From a virus (lineage: Duplodnaviria; Caudoviricetes), in IMG/VR virus record IMGVR_UViG_3300005529_000038, positions 1 to 62,290 of that record: DNA of 62,290 nt; one strand, given 5' to 3'. Every line of letters starts with the position of its first letter. The stretch's first letter is position 1. This document shows, in pieces, positions 26,428 to 35,656 of this stretch. The notes beneath the pieces were generated by a model. It did not search any database. It was not told the DNA's origin and saw nothing but the letters and a program-made list of their open reading frames with translations. Both the position numbers and the translations under genes were made by a program.

Positions 26428-29361
26428 TTGGCTGAAGACGAGATCAAGAAAGAGGCGGCCGTCGCGCCGCCTGGGCCGCCCAACGTCGAGCGCGACGCCA
26501 CGCTGGTCACCATCACCGGAGATCCCAAAGCCGGCCCGATGGCCGAGATCGGCGTCTCTGGCCTCAAGGCCTTCTCCGGCTACATCAACGAAGAATACCT
26601 GCATGAGCTGCAGGGCCAGAAGGCGATCAAGGCCTATAACACGATGGGGCATGACCCGATCGTGGCCGCGGTGCTGCAGGCGATCACGCTGATCCTGCGC
26701 GCCGTCGACTGGCGCATCGAGCCGGCCGACGACGGCAGCGACGTGCAGAACGATCACTCGGCCCAGGCCGAGAAGGAAGCCGAGTTTGCACAGCAGCTGC
26801 TCGACGACATGTCCCACACTTGGGAGGACACGGTCGGCGAGATTTGCAGCATGCTGCAATACGGCTGGAGCTATCTCGAGATCGTGCTCAAGACCCGCAA
26901 CGGTCCCGACCAGGACGACGGCGCGCGGCGATCGAAGTACGACGACGGCCGCATCGGCATCCGCAAGCTGCCGCTGCGCTCGCAGGACTCACTGTATCGC
27001 TGGCAGCTGCAGACCGACGGCGGCGTCGATGGCATGTGGCAGCAATCGCCGCAGGGCGGCCCGCAGCTGTTCATCCCGATCCAGCGCGCGCTGCTGTTCC
27101 GCACCACCTCGAAAAAGAATTCGCCGGAAGGCGTGTCGATCCTGCGCGCGTCCTACCGTCCTTGGTACGTCAAGCGCGGCATCGAGGACCATGAGGCGAT
27201 CGGCATCGAGCGCGAGCTCGCCGGCCTGCCCGTGGTCAAGATCCCGAAGAAATATCTGGCGCCCAACGCGGCGCCGGCCGACATCGCATTCATGAACAAG
27301 ATGACGGCGCTGGCGCGCGACGTGAAGATGAATTCGCAGGCCGGCGTGGTGCTGCCGAGCGAGACCTTCGTCAATCCGGACGGCACCTGGTCGTCGGTGC
27401 CGATGGTCAGCCTCGAGCTGTTGTCGAGCGGCAGCTCAAAGCGCGGCATCGACACCGACCCGGTGGTGAAGCGCTACAATCGCCTGATCGCGATGGCCGC
27501 CCTCGCCGACTTCCTCACGCTGGGCGATGAGAAGGGATCGTTCGCGCTCTCGCAAAACAAAAGCGAGCTGTTCCTGCGGGCCTGCAAAGCCTACCTCGAC
27601 CAGATCGGTTCGGTGATCAACCGTTTCCTGTTCCCGCGCATGTTCTCCTACAACGGCATCGCGCATGAGCTGTTGCCGACGGCCAAGCCTGGCCGCCTGT
27701 CACCGGTCAACCTCGCCGAGCTTGGCAACTACATCGCGCAACTGGCCTCCGCCGGCGCGCCGCTGTTCCCGAACCAAGACCTTTCCGATCATCTCGCCGA
27801 CGTCGCCGGCCTGCCGGAGCCGCCACAGGATATCGGTCTGTTGGCCGAGCCTGGCAGCGTGCCGCGCATGGGCCAGATCAATCCGGACACCGGCGAGCCG
27901 ATGACGCTCGACGAACACGCGGAGTTTCAGCAGGCGCAATACGGCGACCAGTCGTTCGAAGACCAGGCCATCACGCCGGCCGCAGCGCAAGGCGCAGGCG
28001 CGGCCAAGCGCCGTTTCTTCCCGGTCGGAGGCGCGCGCAAGCGGGCGCCCCTCCCTTTTTCGAAGCGGACGACGACGAAGTTTAACCAGGCGCACGATCA
28101 GCATGGCCGGTTCGCCGCGGCCACCGGCGCCGATTCGGATCATGGCGTCGTCCCGCCGAAGATGGCGGACGATGAGTGGCACCGCATCCTCGCCGAAGCC
28201 AAAGAGCGCAACGACACCACCGAGGCCCACGTCAACGACGTTCTCGGCTCGAAGAACAACATGGCGGTGTACACCCATCCAGATCGCCCGCAGCGACGCG
28301 TGGTCGTGTCGCGATCTTTGGACGCGCGCTACGGCATGCGGGTCACCGACTTTGACGAGAAAGGCCCGATCGGGCATCGCGAGTATTCGACCGGCGATCG
28401 GCGCGGCCTGCATTCGGAGATCAGTCAGGCGCTCGCCGGCGGCATGAAACGCACGGTGCTGAAGTATGACGAAAGCCTGCATCCGCGCGATGAGCACGGC
28501 CGCTGGACGTTCGGCAACGGTACCAACGGCATGGCGACCGCGCTCTACCAGCAAACGCTCGAGCCCAACGTCAAGCCGGAGGACATCTATAACCGCGTCG
28601 ACCCCGATGCGCAGCGCGCCGCGACCGAGCTCGAGGCCGACATGGCCAAACGCGTGCCGTCAGATCAGCCCGTCGAGCACGGCGGTTTTATGCGGCCAGA
28701 TGGCAGCTACACGCCGGAGCGCCAGGCGCTGCATGAGAAGCTGCTCGATCACGTCTTCACGCCGGAGCGGATCGATGCCGCAACGCCGGTGGAAGGCGAG
28801 AAGCCGACAATGACGATGCTGGGCGGCCGCGGCGGTTCTGGCAAAAGCTTCCTGACCGACCCGTCGAAAGGTGGTCCGGTCGACCCGAACCGAACCATCG
28901 TGCTCAACTCCGATGACTTCAAAACGCCGCTGGCGAAGGCGTCCGGCCTCGATGAGCGCTATGCAGCGCTCTACCATGAGGAATCCGATCACGTCCTCAA
29001 GATGGCATCGGCGCGCGCCAAGGCGCTTGGCGTCAATGTCGCGTTCGATGCGACGATGAAGAGTGAGAGTACCGCGGCCGCGCGCATGCTGGAGTATCAA
29101 AATGCCGGCTACGTCATCAACGGCCACTACGTTCACACGGCGCCGCAGCTGGCGGCGCAGCGTTCGATCGGGCGGTTCTACAAAGGCGGCAAGGCCAATG
29201 GTCGCTACGTGCCGCCGGCAGTGATCCTGGGCAACGTCAACAACGAAAAGAACTTCGACAAACTCAGTCCCAACTTCCGCAGCTGGTCGATCTGGGATAA
29301 CAACGGGTCCAAGCCCGCGCTGGTCGCGCATAGCCCGACCTTCAAACCGAGCTTTAGGTGA
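26428..29361 (+). CDS. Portal protein (DUF935-like) fused to a C-terminal zeta-toxin-like P-loop kinase
   Basis: First ~470 aa portal (YGWSYLEIV, PEGVSILR.SY, GIERELAGLP, GSFALS); C-terminus GGRGGSGKS, LNSDDFK, VAFDATM, GRYVP. Confidence 0.85.
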   Translation: MAEDEIKKEAAVAPPGPPNVERDATLVTITGDPKAGPMAEIGVSGLKAFSGYINEEYLHELQGQKAIKAYNTMGHDPIVAAVLQAITLILRAVDWRIEPADDGSDVQNDHSAQAEKEAEFAQQLLDDMSHTWEDTVGEICSMLQYGWSYLEIVLKTRNGPDQDDGARRSKYDDGRIGIRKLPLRSQDSLYRWQLQTDGGVDGMWQQSPQGGPQLFIPIQRALLFRTTSKKNSPEGVSILRASYRPWYVKRGIEDHEAIGIERELAGLPVVKIPKKYLAPNAAPADIAFMNKMTALARDVKMNSQAGVVLPSETFVNPDGTWSSVPMVSLELLSSGSSKRGIDTDPVVKRYNRLIAMAALADFLTLGDEKGSFALSQNKSELFLRACKAYLDQIGSVINRFLFPRMFSYNGIAHELLPTAKPGRLSPVNLAELGNYIAQLASAGAPLFPNQDLSDHLADVAGLPEPPQDIGLLAEPGSVPRMGQINPDTGEPMTLDEHAEFQQAQYGDQSFEDQAITPAAAQGAGAAKRRFFPVGGARKRAPLPFSKRTTTKFNQAHDQHGRFAAATGADSDHGVVPPKMADDEWHRILAEAKERNDTTEAHVNDVLGSKNNMAVYTHPDRPQRRVVVSRSLDARYGMRVTDFDEKGPIGHREYSTGDRRGLHSEISQALAGGMKRTVLKYDESLHPRDEHGRWTFGNGTNGMATALYQQTLEPNVKPEDIYNRVDPDAQRAATELEADMAKRVPSDQPVEHGGFMRPDGSYTPERQALHEKLLDHVFTPERIDAATPVEGEKPTMTMLGGRGGSGKSFLTDPSKGGPVDPNRTIVLNSDDFKTPLAKASGLDERYAALYHEESDHVLKMASARAKALGVNVAFDATMKSESTAAARMLEYQNAGYVINGHYVHTAPQLAAQRSIGRFYKGGKANGRYVPPAVILGNVNNEKNFDKLSPNFRSWSIWDNNGSKPALVAHSPTFKPSFR

Positions 29362-29366
29362 GTATC

Positions 29367-29558
29367 ATGGCCGACGACAGCACCAACAGCACCGGCATCA
29401 AATCGAAGGCTGGCCCGATTCCTGATGCGGCTTTCGAGAACGATGCGGCCGCGGCGCTCGGCGATCCGCAGTTCAACGCGGAGGGCAAAAAGGCCTTCGA
29501 CGAAAAAACAGCCCGCCTCATCTCTGAGCGGGCTGCGCGGTTGGGTCGATCGACTTAG
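29367..29558 (+). CDS. Small protein downstream of the zeta-like domain, possible immunity protein
   Basis: Short acidic ORF coupled to the portal stop. Confidence 0.4.
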   Translation: MADDSTNSTGIKSKAGPIPDAAFENDAAAALGDPQFNAEGKKAFDEKTARLISERAARLGRST

Positions 29559-29752
29559 GCTGCCAGGGTCTCCGGCGCCAGTTCACTTTCCGCCTCGCGG
29601 ATCGCCTCCGAGGTGATGACCTCGAAATTGCTGAGTAGCAGGTTGGCTTCCGAAAGAGTCTTGGGCGGGTTGAGCTTGATCGCCTCATTCATCACCGAGA
29701 CGATGTAGAGCAGTTTCTTTGCCGTGGTGATCGGCAACGGCTTGTAGGCCAT
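29555..29752 (-). CDS. Hypothetical protein with its own promoter
   Basis: AGGAGGAAAGG RBS region; promoter at 29804-29832. Confidence 0.55.
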   Translation of the reverse strand: MAYKPLPITTAKKLLYIVSVMNEAIKLNPPKTLSEANLLLSNFEVITSEAIREAESELAPETLAA

Positions 29753-29803
29753 TTTCGGCCTTCCTTTCCTCCTTTTTTGCCAGCGGGACCATCCCGCAAG
29801 CTC

Positions 29804-29841
29804 AATATATGCCCTGGCGTCGCATACGTCAATATGACGTA
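29804..29841 (-). promoter_or_regulatory. Promoter with tandem 17-bp operators
   Basis: TTGACG-17-TATATT; TACGTCAATATGACGTA at 29825-29841. Confidence 0.8.
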
Positions 29842-29967
29842 GTTCCGGAATTCCGGATAGGATCGAAACGGTCCTAGTGGCGGAAGATCAGGACGTAGCC
29901 CAACGCGATGATCACCACCAATATGGCAAGGTTGGCGAACATCGCATAGGCGAATGGTGTGGGGCGC

Positions 29968-30180
29968 TTACGCATCGAGCAACTGCTCGGCTGGGATTTG
30001 GTGAATCTCCACAAGCCGCAGCAGCTTGCCGATCGGCTTCGGCACCGGCGAGGTGCCGGAATCGATCCGCTGGCACTGCCGCTTGCTGATGCCGAGATAG
30101 GGCGCGGCGCCGACGATCGACAGGCCAAGCTGCTCGGTGACAATGGAATGGAATTCTTTCCGGGTCAGGGGCTTCGCCAC
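29968..30180 (-). CDS. Small HTH repressor (candidate binder of the 17-bp operator)
   Basis: LGLSIVGAAPYLGISKRQCQRIDSG..PVP..I.KLLRL; GAGGAG RBS. Confidence 0.75.
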   Translation of the reverse strand: MAKPLTRKEFHSIVTEQLGLSIVGAAPYLGISKRQCQRIDSGTSPVPKPIGKLLRLVEIHQIPAEQLLDA

Positions 30181-30219
30181 GGCTGTAGTCTCCTCAAGAT
30201 GCTTGCCGGCTCGAAGCGA

Positions 30220-30257
30220 TATCTATGACACCATGACGCTTACGTCAATGTGGCGTA
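30220..30257 (-). promoter_or_regulatory. Promoter with tandem 17-bp operators
   Basis: TATGACACCATGACGCT + TACGTCAATGTGGCGTA; TTGACG-17-TAGATA. Confidence 0.75.
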
Positions 30258-30258
30258 A

Positions 30259-32620
30259 TCACTTGCCGCGTCTCGACTTGGCGTCACCTCTCCGCGGCTC
30301 GGTCAGGTATTCGCGCGCCTTGCGCAAATTGCGCAGGTACAGCTCGGAATAGACCCACTCCTCGGTCAGCTCCGCCTTGTAGAGCATCCGCGTGTTGCTA
30401 TCGACGCGCACGATCAGCTTGGCGATGGCGCGCGTTGCCTGGCGCCGCAGCTCGCGCATCGAGTCCTTGTCGGTGTTGCTCATGGCCGCATCCTCGCCCG
30501 CTCCAGCTGCCGCAACTGCTCATCGAGCAGCCTGATCCGCAGCAACAGCAATTCGATGTAGCGGAGCCGCAGCAATTCCGAGCGCGGCAGATTGACATTG
30601 ATCATGTGTGCGCCTTCGCCGCGATGCATTCGACCTTTTCGAGTTCGATCAGCAGCACGCGTGCCGTCGAGTCGGTGAGCGATATCAACGTGCCGCCGCC
30701 GGCGATCTGGATCGTGCCCTGGTAGTTGCGCAACGTGGTCCAGACGTCGACGATGGTCTGAGGTCCGATCCGCAGGCGGTTCACCGCCGCGTTGAAGTCG
30801 GCCGGCGTCATTCCTCGCCCCTGTCCTTCACGTCGGGGATCGACTCGGCCTCGGCCTCAGCTTGTGTCGCGCCGCGCATCTTGCGCGTGCCGGCAGCCGC
30901 GGCGAGCAGCTGGCTTTCGAGCTTGGCTTTGCCCTTATCGAATTTGCGCACGCCCTTGGGCGACAGCGCGATGCCATCAGGCCGCTTGTGCAGGCCGTTG
31001 TGGACGGCCGAAGTGAGCACGGCGAGCAGTGCAAACCATTCGTCGCCGCGCATGGTGACGGTGACGTTGTCAGTCGAAAAGGCCATGTCAGTCTCCGCTG
31101 TCGATCGTCATGTCGAGGCCGCACTTGGAACAGCGGCCGGGATGCCAGCCGCGCGAGTGATTGGCGCCGGGATCGTCGACCTTGGTGTGCTGGCAGATTG
31201 CGAATTTGAGGCCCGTGGCGGTCGAGCACTGCTTTTCGGCGTTCCACTCCGTCCAGGCCACGATGCCGGAGCCGTAGAGCTGACCGCCCTGGCCGTGGTC
31301 GAGGCAGAAGCTCACATTCCACCTTTTCGATTTGCCTGGCACGACGACAGAGCAGCCGCTGTGCAGCTGGCCATAGTGCAGCAACAGCGCGCCGATATCG
31401 CCCTTGATCGGCTCGGGATTCGGCAGCGGCACGTCACCGCGCATGATCGGCATCAGGTCGCCGTCGAGCGTGTAGACCTTGCGCTCAGCCATGGGCCAGC
31501 TCCCGTTCCATCAGCACGCTTTCGATCTTGTAGGACAGCCGGCCGAGCAAGTAGCCGACATGGATCGACGACGGTGTCGTCTCGCGGATATCGTCGAGCA
31601 GGCTCTTCAGCTCAGCTTTCGAGAGCTTGCGAAGATCCTCTTTGGTCATCGTCATCGGCGTCATCGTTCTCCTCCTCAATAGCCGGCGACGACGTCACCG
31701 GGCTGATACTTGTCGCGATCGATGGGCGTGAACCGAACCGCCATGCCGCTGGCGCTGATCCAGCGGATCGCGTGCTCGCCGTCAAAGCGGTAGTAGTAGC
31801 CAGGCCGATCGTCGGGATCGCGACTGCCGTCATAGCTGCCAGTGATCGTCAGCCTGCGGCCGTTCGATTTAAAGCGCGCGCCGATCACCGCACCACCTCC
31901 ACCTTGATGATCTCCAGGTGTTCAAACGTCGCGGCCCACCACTCGCGGATCGCGGCCTCGCTCTTGCCGTCGTAGAACGTCGAACGGATGCGATGACCGT
32001 CGGTCCAGAGGATGCGGAAGCGGATCAAAGCTCGGACTCCACATCGAACGGCGCCGGCATCTGGCGCCTGATCTTGAAAGCGACGGCGCGCATTCTGACG
32101 GCCATTTCAGGATGAGACGTGGTTGCGGCCTTGCTCAATGCGATGACGATTGTCATCAGCTCGCTGACGTCGAGCGTATCGCCGCCCGGCAGTTCGATCG
32201 GCTTAAACATCATGCCCTCTCATCTTGCTCGTAGCGCTTGGTGTTCGGGTTGTAGAACATCAGGCCTGGCCGATCGCGCATGAACTTCTGGAGATCGGCA
32301 GAGGCTTGCGGCGTCGAGACTTCGAACATCCGTTCAAGATGCCCGCGATTGATGAAGCCATAGACGCGCAGCATCTGCGCAATCCATTCCTGGCGGTGAC
32401 GTGCAAACCAGCGATCAGACATCGGGACAGCTCCAGCCCTCGCGATAGAAGATTTGGACCCAGCCGTCGGCGAGGTCGCGCCAGCCGTCGATCCAGATGA
32501 ACTTGCCGCGCCAGTTGCGACGCTGGCCGACGCGTTCGACCCAGATGGCGGCATCGGCGGCGGGAATGGTGAAACTCTGGCGGGTTGACATGTTGGAACC
32601 TCACAATCAATGTACGTCAC
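30259..32620 (-). other. Run of small hypothetical ORFs (e.g. 30259-30483, 30602-30811, 30808-31086, 31088-31492, 31485-31679, 31676-31888, 32025-32213, 32210-32423)
   Basis: ATGA-coupled leftward ORFs inserted between the portal and MuF genes. Confidence 0.6.
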
Positions 32621-32646
32621 GATGGCGCTTGCGTCAAGGTGACGTA
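32609..32646 (-). promoter_or_regulatory. Promoter with tandem 17-bp operators
   Basis: TACGTCACGATGGCGCT + TGCGTCAAGGTGACGTA; TTGACG-17-TACATT. Confidence 0.8.
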
Positions 32647-32837
32647 ATGGGCCTGGCGCGGCGGCGATTGAGCGCCGCCAGTGAGCGCGCGTTGTGGCAG
32701 ACCTTGCAGGTGCTCTGCCGCCACGGATAGCCGTTGGCCACGCGATAGAATTCGGTCTCCGGCTTTTCGACCTGGCACATCCGGCAGACCTTGCGCGGCG
32801 TGTCCGCGGTGGCGATCTCAGGTTTCGTGCATTTCAT
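32634..32837 (-). CDS. Small Zn-finger protein
   Basis: KVCRMCQVEKPETEFY...STCKVC. Confidence 0.65.
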   Translation of the reverse strand: MKCTKPEIATADTPRKVCRMCQVEKPETEFYRVANGYPWRQSTCKVCHNARSLAALNRRRARPITSP

Positions 32838-32912
32838 CGTCGAGCACCATCAGGAAGGCCAGCAACGAAACTTCGTGGAAGATCAGCCAGAGCATCACGG
32901 CATCGTAGAGCG

Positions 32913-33272
32913 TCACGGCTGCTCTCCGAGCAGCGCGCGCATCTCCGGGGTCAGCTCGCCCTGGTCGTCGAAAACGGCGATCGGATCGAAGCTGTCATCG
33001 CCGTCGCGCTCCGCGTACAGCGGCCACGGCCGCCGGCTGTTGAGCGGCCTTGTCAGCGTGTAGGAATGCCGGCCGATCTCCAGCGGCAAATTGTAGACGA
33101 AGATCGCGCCATCGCTCTCGCGCTGCATGATCTCGAATCGCGGCACGTCTTCATTGCGAAAGCGCGCCTCGCAGCCGGCCAGCCGCTCCATCGCGATGTA
33201 AAGCTGGCCGTAGCACTTGAGCAGGTTGGCCTCGTTGAAGAGGTCGCGGGGGATCACGCGGCGATAGGTCAT
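32913..33272 (-). CDS. Hypothetical phage protein
   Basis: MTYRRVIPRDLFNEANLLKCYGQL...PLNSRRPWPL. Confidence 0.7.
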   Translation of the reverse strand: MTYRRVIPRDLFNEANLLKCYGQLYIAMERLAGCEARFRNEDVPRFEIMQRESDGAIFVYNLPLEIGRHSYTLTRPLNSRRPWPLYAERDGDDSFDPIAVFDDQGELTPEMRALLGEQP

Positions 33273-33565
33273 TGCTTCAACTCCGGTCCAAAGACATGAC
33301 AGGGTTTGTCGGCGCCGTTCTGCTTGCGGTACCACTCAGGCGGATTGCTGGGCTGAACGATGACGCCGAGGAAACCGCACTCCTCGAAATAGGCGAGCAC
33401 CTTGCCCGGGCCGATCTGGTTGACGCCGACGATGACGTCGGCGCCGATCGCGGGCGGAGGTTGCTTGCCGCCCCACTTCATCGGGTCGTCGCGGTTGACG
33501 ATCTGATCGCCGCTCCAGATCAGTTGCTGCCATTCCGGCAGAGCGTCGAGCTTACGAATTGCCAT
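33269..33565 (-). CDS. Hypothetical protein
   Basis: AAGGAG RBS, coupled. Confidence 0.6.
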   Translation of the reverse strand: MAIRKLDALPEWQQLIWSGDQIVNRDDPMKWGGKQPPPAIGADVIVGVNQIGPGKVLAYFEECGFLGVIVQPSNPPEWYRKQNGADKPCHVFGPELKQ

Positions 33566-33711
33566 TGTCCGACTCCTTCCGTTCGATCTCCCAGGCTGGC
33601 GGGGGAGGCGGCGGCGCGTACAGACCGCGCGCCGCTTCGTTCTGGCGGTCGCGCTCCTCGCGCTGCCGCTCAAGGTCCCAGATTATCCAAGGCTTCACGA
33701 TGGTCACCTCC

Positions 33712-33942
33712 TCACTTCGTCCAGCCGGACAGCGCGATCTCCTCCGCCCCAAACACCAGGGACAGGCCGCAATCGTCGCAGGGATAGCGCCGAGCATCCG
33801 GCTCACAGGCATCCTTGCTGGCGCCGCACGCGACGCAGAAGCCCATGTTTTCGTCGGCCGCGCGCTCAAGGCGCTCAACCGAGAAGCGCTTGGGAATGAT
33901 CTTGCCCGACGCGCTGCGCTTGATCTTTAGGGAAGTCGTCAC
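33712..33942 (-). CDS. Small Zn-finger protein, first gene of the island
   Basis: GFCVACG....CEPDARRYPCDDCG..VFGAEE; GAGGAGG RBS. Confidence 0.7.
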   Translation of the reverse strand: MTTSLKIKRSASGKIIPKRFSVERLERAADENMGFCVACGASKDACEPDARRYPCDDCGLSLVFGAEEIALSGWTK

Positions 33943-33988
33943 CGTTTTCCTCCTCAATGGCGGGCCGATGGCCCTTCGGGACACCATC

Positions 33989-34017
33989 AATATACGCCAT
34001 AGTGACGTAGCACGCAA
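33989..34017 (-). promoter_or_regulatory. Promoter with 17-bp operator
   Basis: TTGCGT-17-TATATT; TACGCCATAGTGACGTA at 33993-34009. Confidence 0.8.
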
Positions 34018-34027
34018 GGGGCGAGTT

Positions 34028-35077
34028 TTGGCAATTTTGGTCGCAAAACGGGCCGTTCGGCCGGGCGGGATTGGGCACAATTCGGGCCTGTTCGCAAAGA
34101 CCGAAGCCGACGCGGAAACGGTCGACCGCCTCCTCGCGCAAAGCGACAAGATCAGCGCCCAGGTTCGGCAAGCCTATGTCGACGCGGTGCGCCGGCTGCA
34201 AAGTCAGGTCGACGTCGCGCGCATCAGCGATCTGCTCGAGGCCGGGCGCATCTCCGAAGCGCTGCAACAGATCAACGCGCAAAGCGTGGCCGCCGGGTTC
34301 ATGCCGGTCGTCGACGCCATCACCGCAGCGACGTTCGGCGTTGCGCGATCGACCGCGCAACTGGCGACGCAGGCCTCAGGAATCCAGTTCTCGTTTTCGC
34401 AGGTCAACCCGGAGGCGGTCAGCTTCGTCCAGCACTACGAGATGAACCTGATCCGCGAGATGACCAGCGAAACGCTCAAGACGGTTCGCGGCATCATCAA
34501 TGCCGGCGTCACCGCCGGCGACAATCCGCTCGACATTGCGCGCGAGCTTCGCGCGCACATCGGGCTCACCGAGCGCCAGGCGCAGGCGGTGCGCAACTAT
34601 CGTCGCCTCCTGGAGGATGGTGATGGGCAGGCCCTGCAGAGGCAGCTTCGCGATCGACGTTTTGATCGCTCTGTTCGGAATCATGTTGCTGGCACTCGCG
34701 CTCTATCGTCTGAGCAGGTCGACAACATGGTCGAGCGCTACTCGCAGCGGTACCTCAAATATCGCGCCGAGACGATCGCCCGCACCGAGGCCAAGCGCGC
34801 GCTAGGCACCGGCAATCAACTGCTCTGGAACCAAGCGGTCAAGGACGGTCGCGTCGCCGAGGACGACGTCACCAAAACCTGGATCACCGTCGGCGACCAC
34901 AAGGTCAGGCCCACCCACCGCGAGCTGCACAAACAAACTGTGGGTCTCAACGACACGTTTACCTGTTCGGAAGGGGACATCAGTTACCCGGGAGATCCTG
35001 GCGCAGACGTCGGGCTCACTGCGAATTGCCGATGCACCTGCGTCTATCGCTTCAAGGTGAAGGGGCAGCAGCCATGA
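34028..35077 (+). CDS. MuF-like minor head (head morphogenesis) protein
   Basis: RAETIARTE, KTWITVGDHKVRPTH, YPGDP, NCRC; start uncertain. Confidence 0.85.
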   Translation: MAILVAKRAVRPGGIGHNSGLFAKTEADAETVDRLLAQSDKISAQVRQAYVDAVRRLQSQVDVARISDLLEAGRISEALQQINAQSVAAGFMPVVDAITAATFGVARSTAQLATQASGIQFSFSQVNPEAVSFVQHYEMNLIREMTSETLKTVRGIINAGVTAGDNPLDIARELRAHIGLTERQAQAVRNYRRLLEDGDGQALQRQLRDRRFDRSVRNHVAGTRALSSEQVDNMVERYSQRYLKYRAETIARTEAKRALGTGNQLLWNQAVKDGRVAEDDVTKTWITVGDHKVRPTHRELHKQTVGLNDTFTCSEGDISYPGDPGADVGLTANCRCTCVYRFKVKGQQP

Positions 35078-35451
35078 CGAGGAGTGACTACGTCCGATTT
35101 TACAGCACTGGATTTGCCGGCATCCTGATCGCGGTCGCGCTGACCTGCGCGGCCTGGGCGCACGACCACAACAGGCCGGAGCTCAATGACTGGTTTGCCT
35201 CGCTGAGGTCCGGCAACGGATCGTGCTGCGACGGCTCCGACCAGAAGGGTCTCGACGATCCGGACTGGCAGGCCACCGGCGACGTCGACAATCCCTACAA
35301 GGTCCGGCTGCCGGGGTCGAAGGAATGGACGCTGGTTCCGAAGTCCGCGGTGGTCGACGGGCATAACCGCGCCGGGCATGCGGTGGTCTGGCCGATCGCC
35401 GGCTACATGGGCGTCTCGATTCGCTGCTTTATGCCGGGCTCGATGACCTGA
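35074..35451 (+). CDS. Secreted Cys-containing hypothetical protein
   Basis: Signal-peptide-like N-terminus; SCCDGSD, RCFMPG. Confidence 0.65.
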   Translation: MTRSDYVRFYSTGFAGILIAVALTCAAWAHDHNRPELNDWFASLRSGNGSCCDGSDQKGLDDPDWQATGDVDNPYKVRLPGSKEWTLVPKSAVVDGHNRAGHAVVWPIAGYMGVSIRCFMPGSMT

Positions 35452-35656
35452 TCAGGTCCGCCAGTAGCGAAACCGTTAATCCCGCGGAAGCAATTCGCGA
35501 ACGAATATCGGCTAGGACGATCCGCAACGCCGGGTCGGTCGTCGCGGCCAGCCTGATCTCGAGCTGTTCGTCGAGGTCAGACAGGAAGGCCAGCGTGGTC
35601 CCGTGAGGGCCGCCAGGCGCGTCGACCGATCCGTCTCGCTTGTAGAGGACCAAACC

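Noticed and set aside
30608-31975. Long plus-strand ORF (455 aa) and similar antisense ORFs (e.g. 10878..11996, 44627..46222, 51766..53202)
   Set aside because: These are shadow ORFs of GC-rich coding sequence on the opposite strand, with no motifs or RBS support
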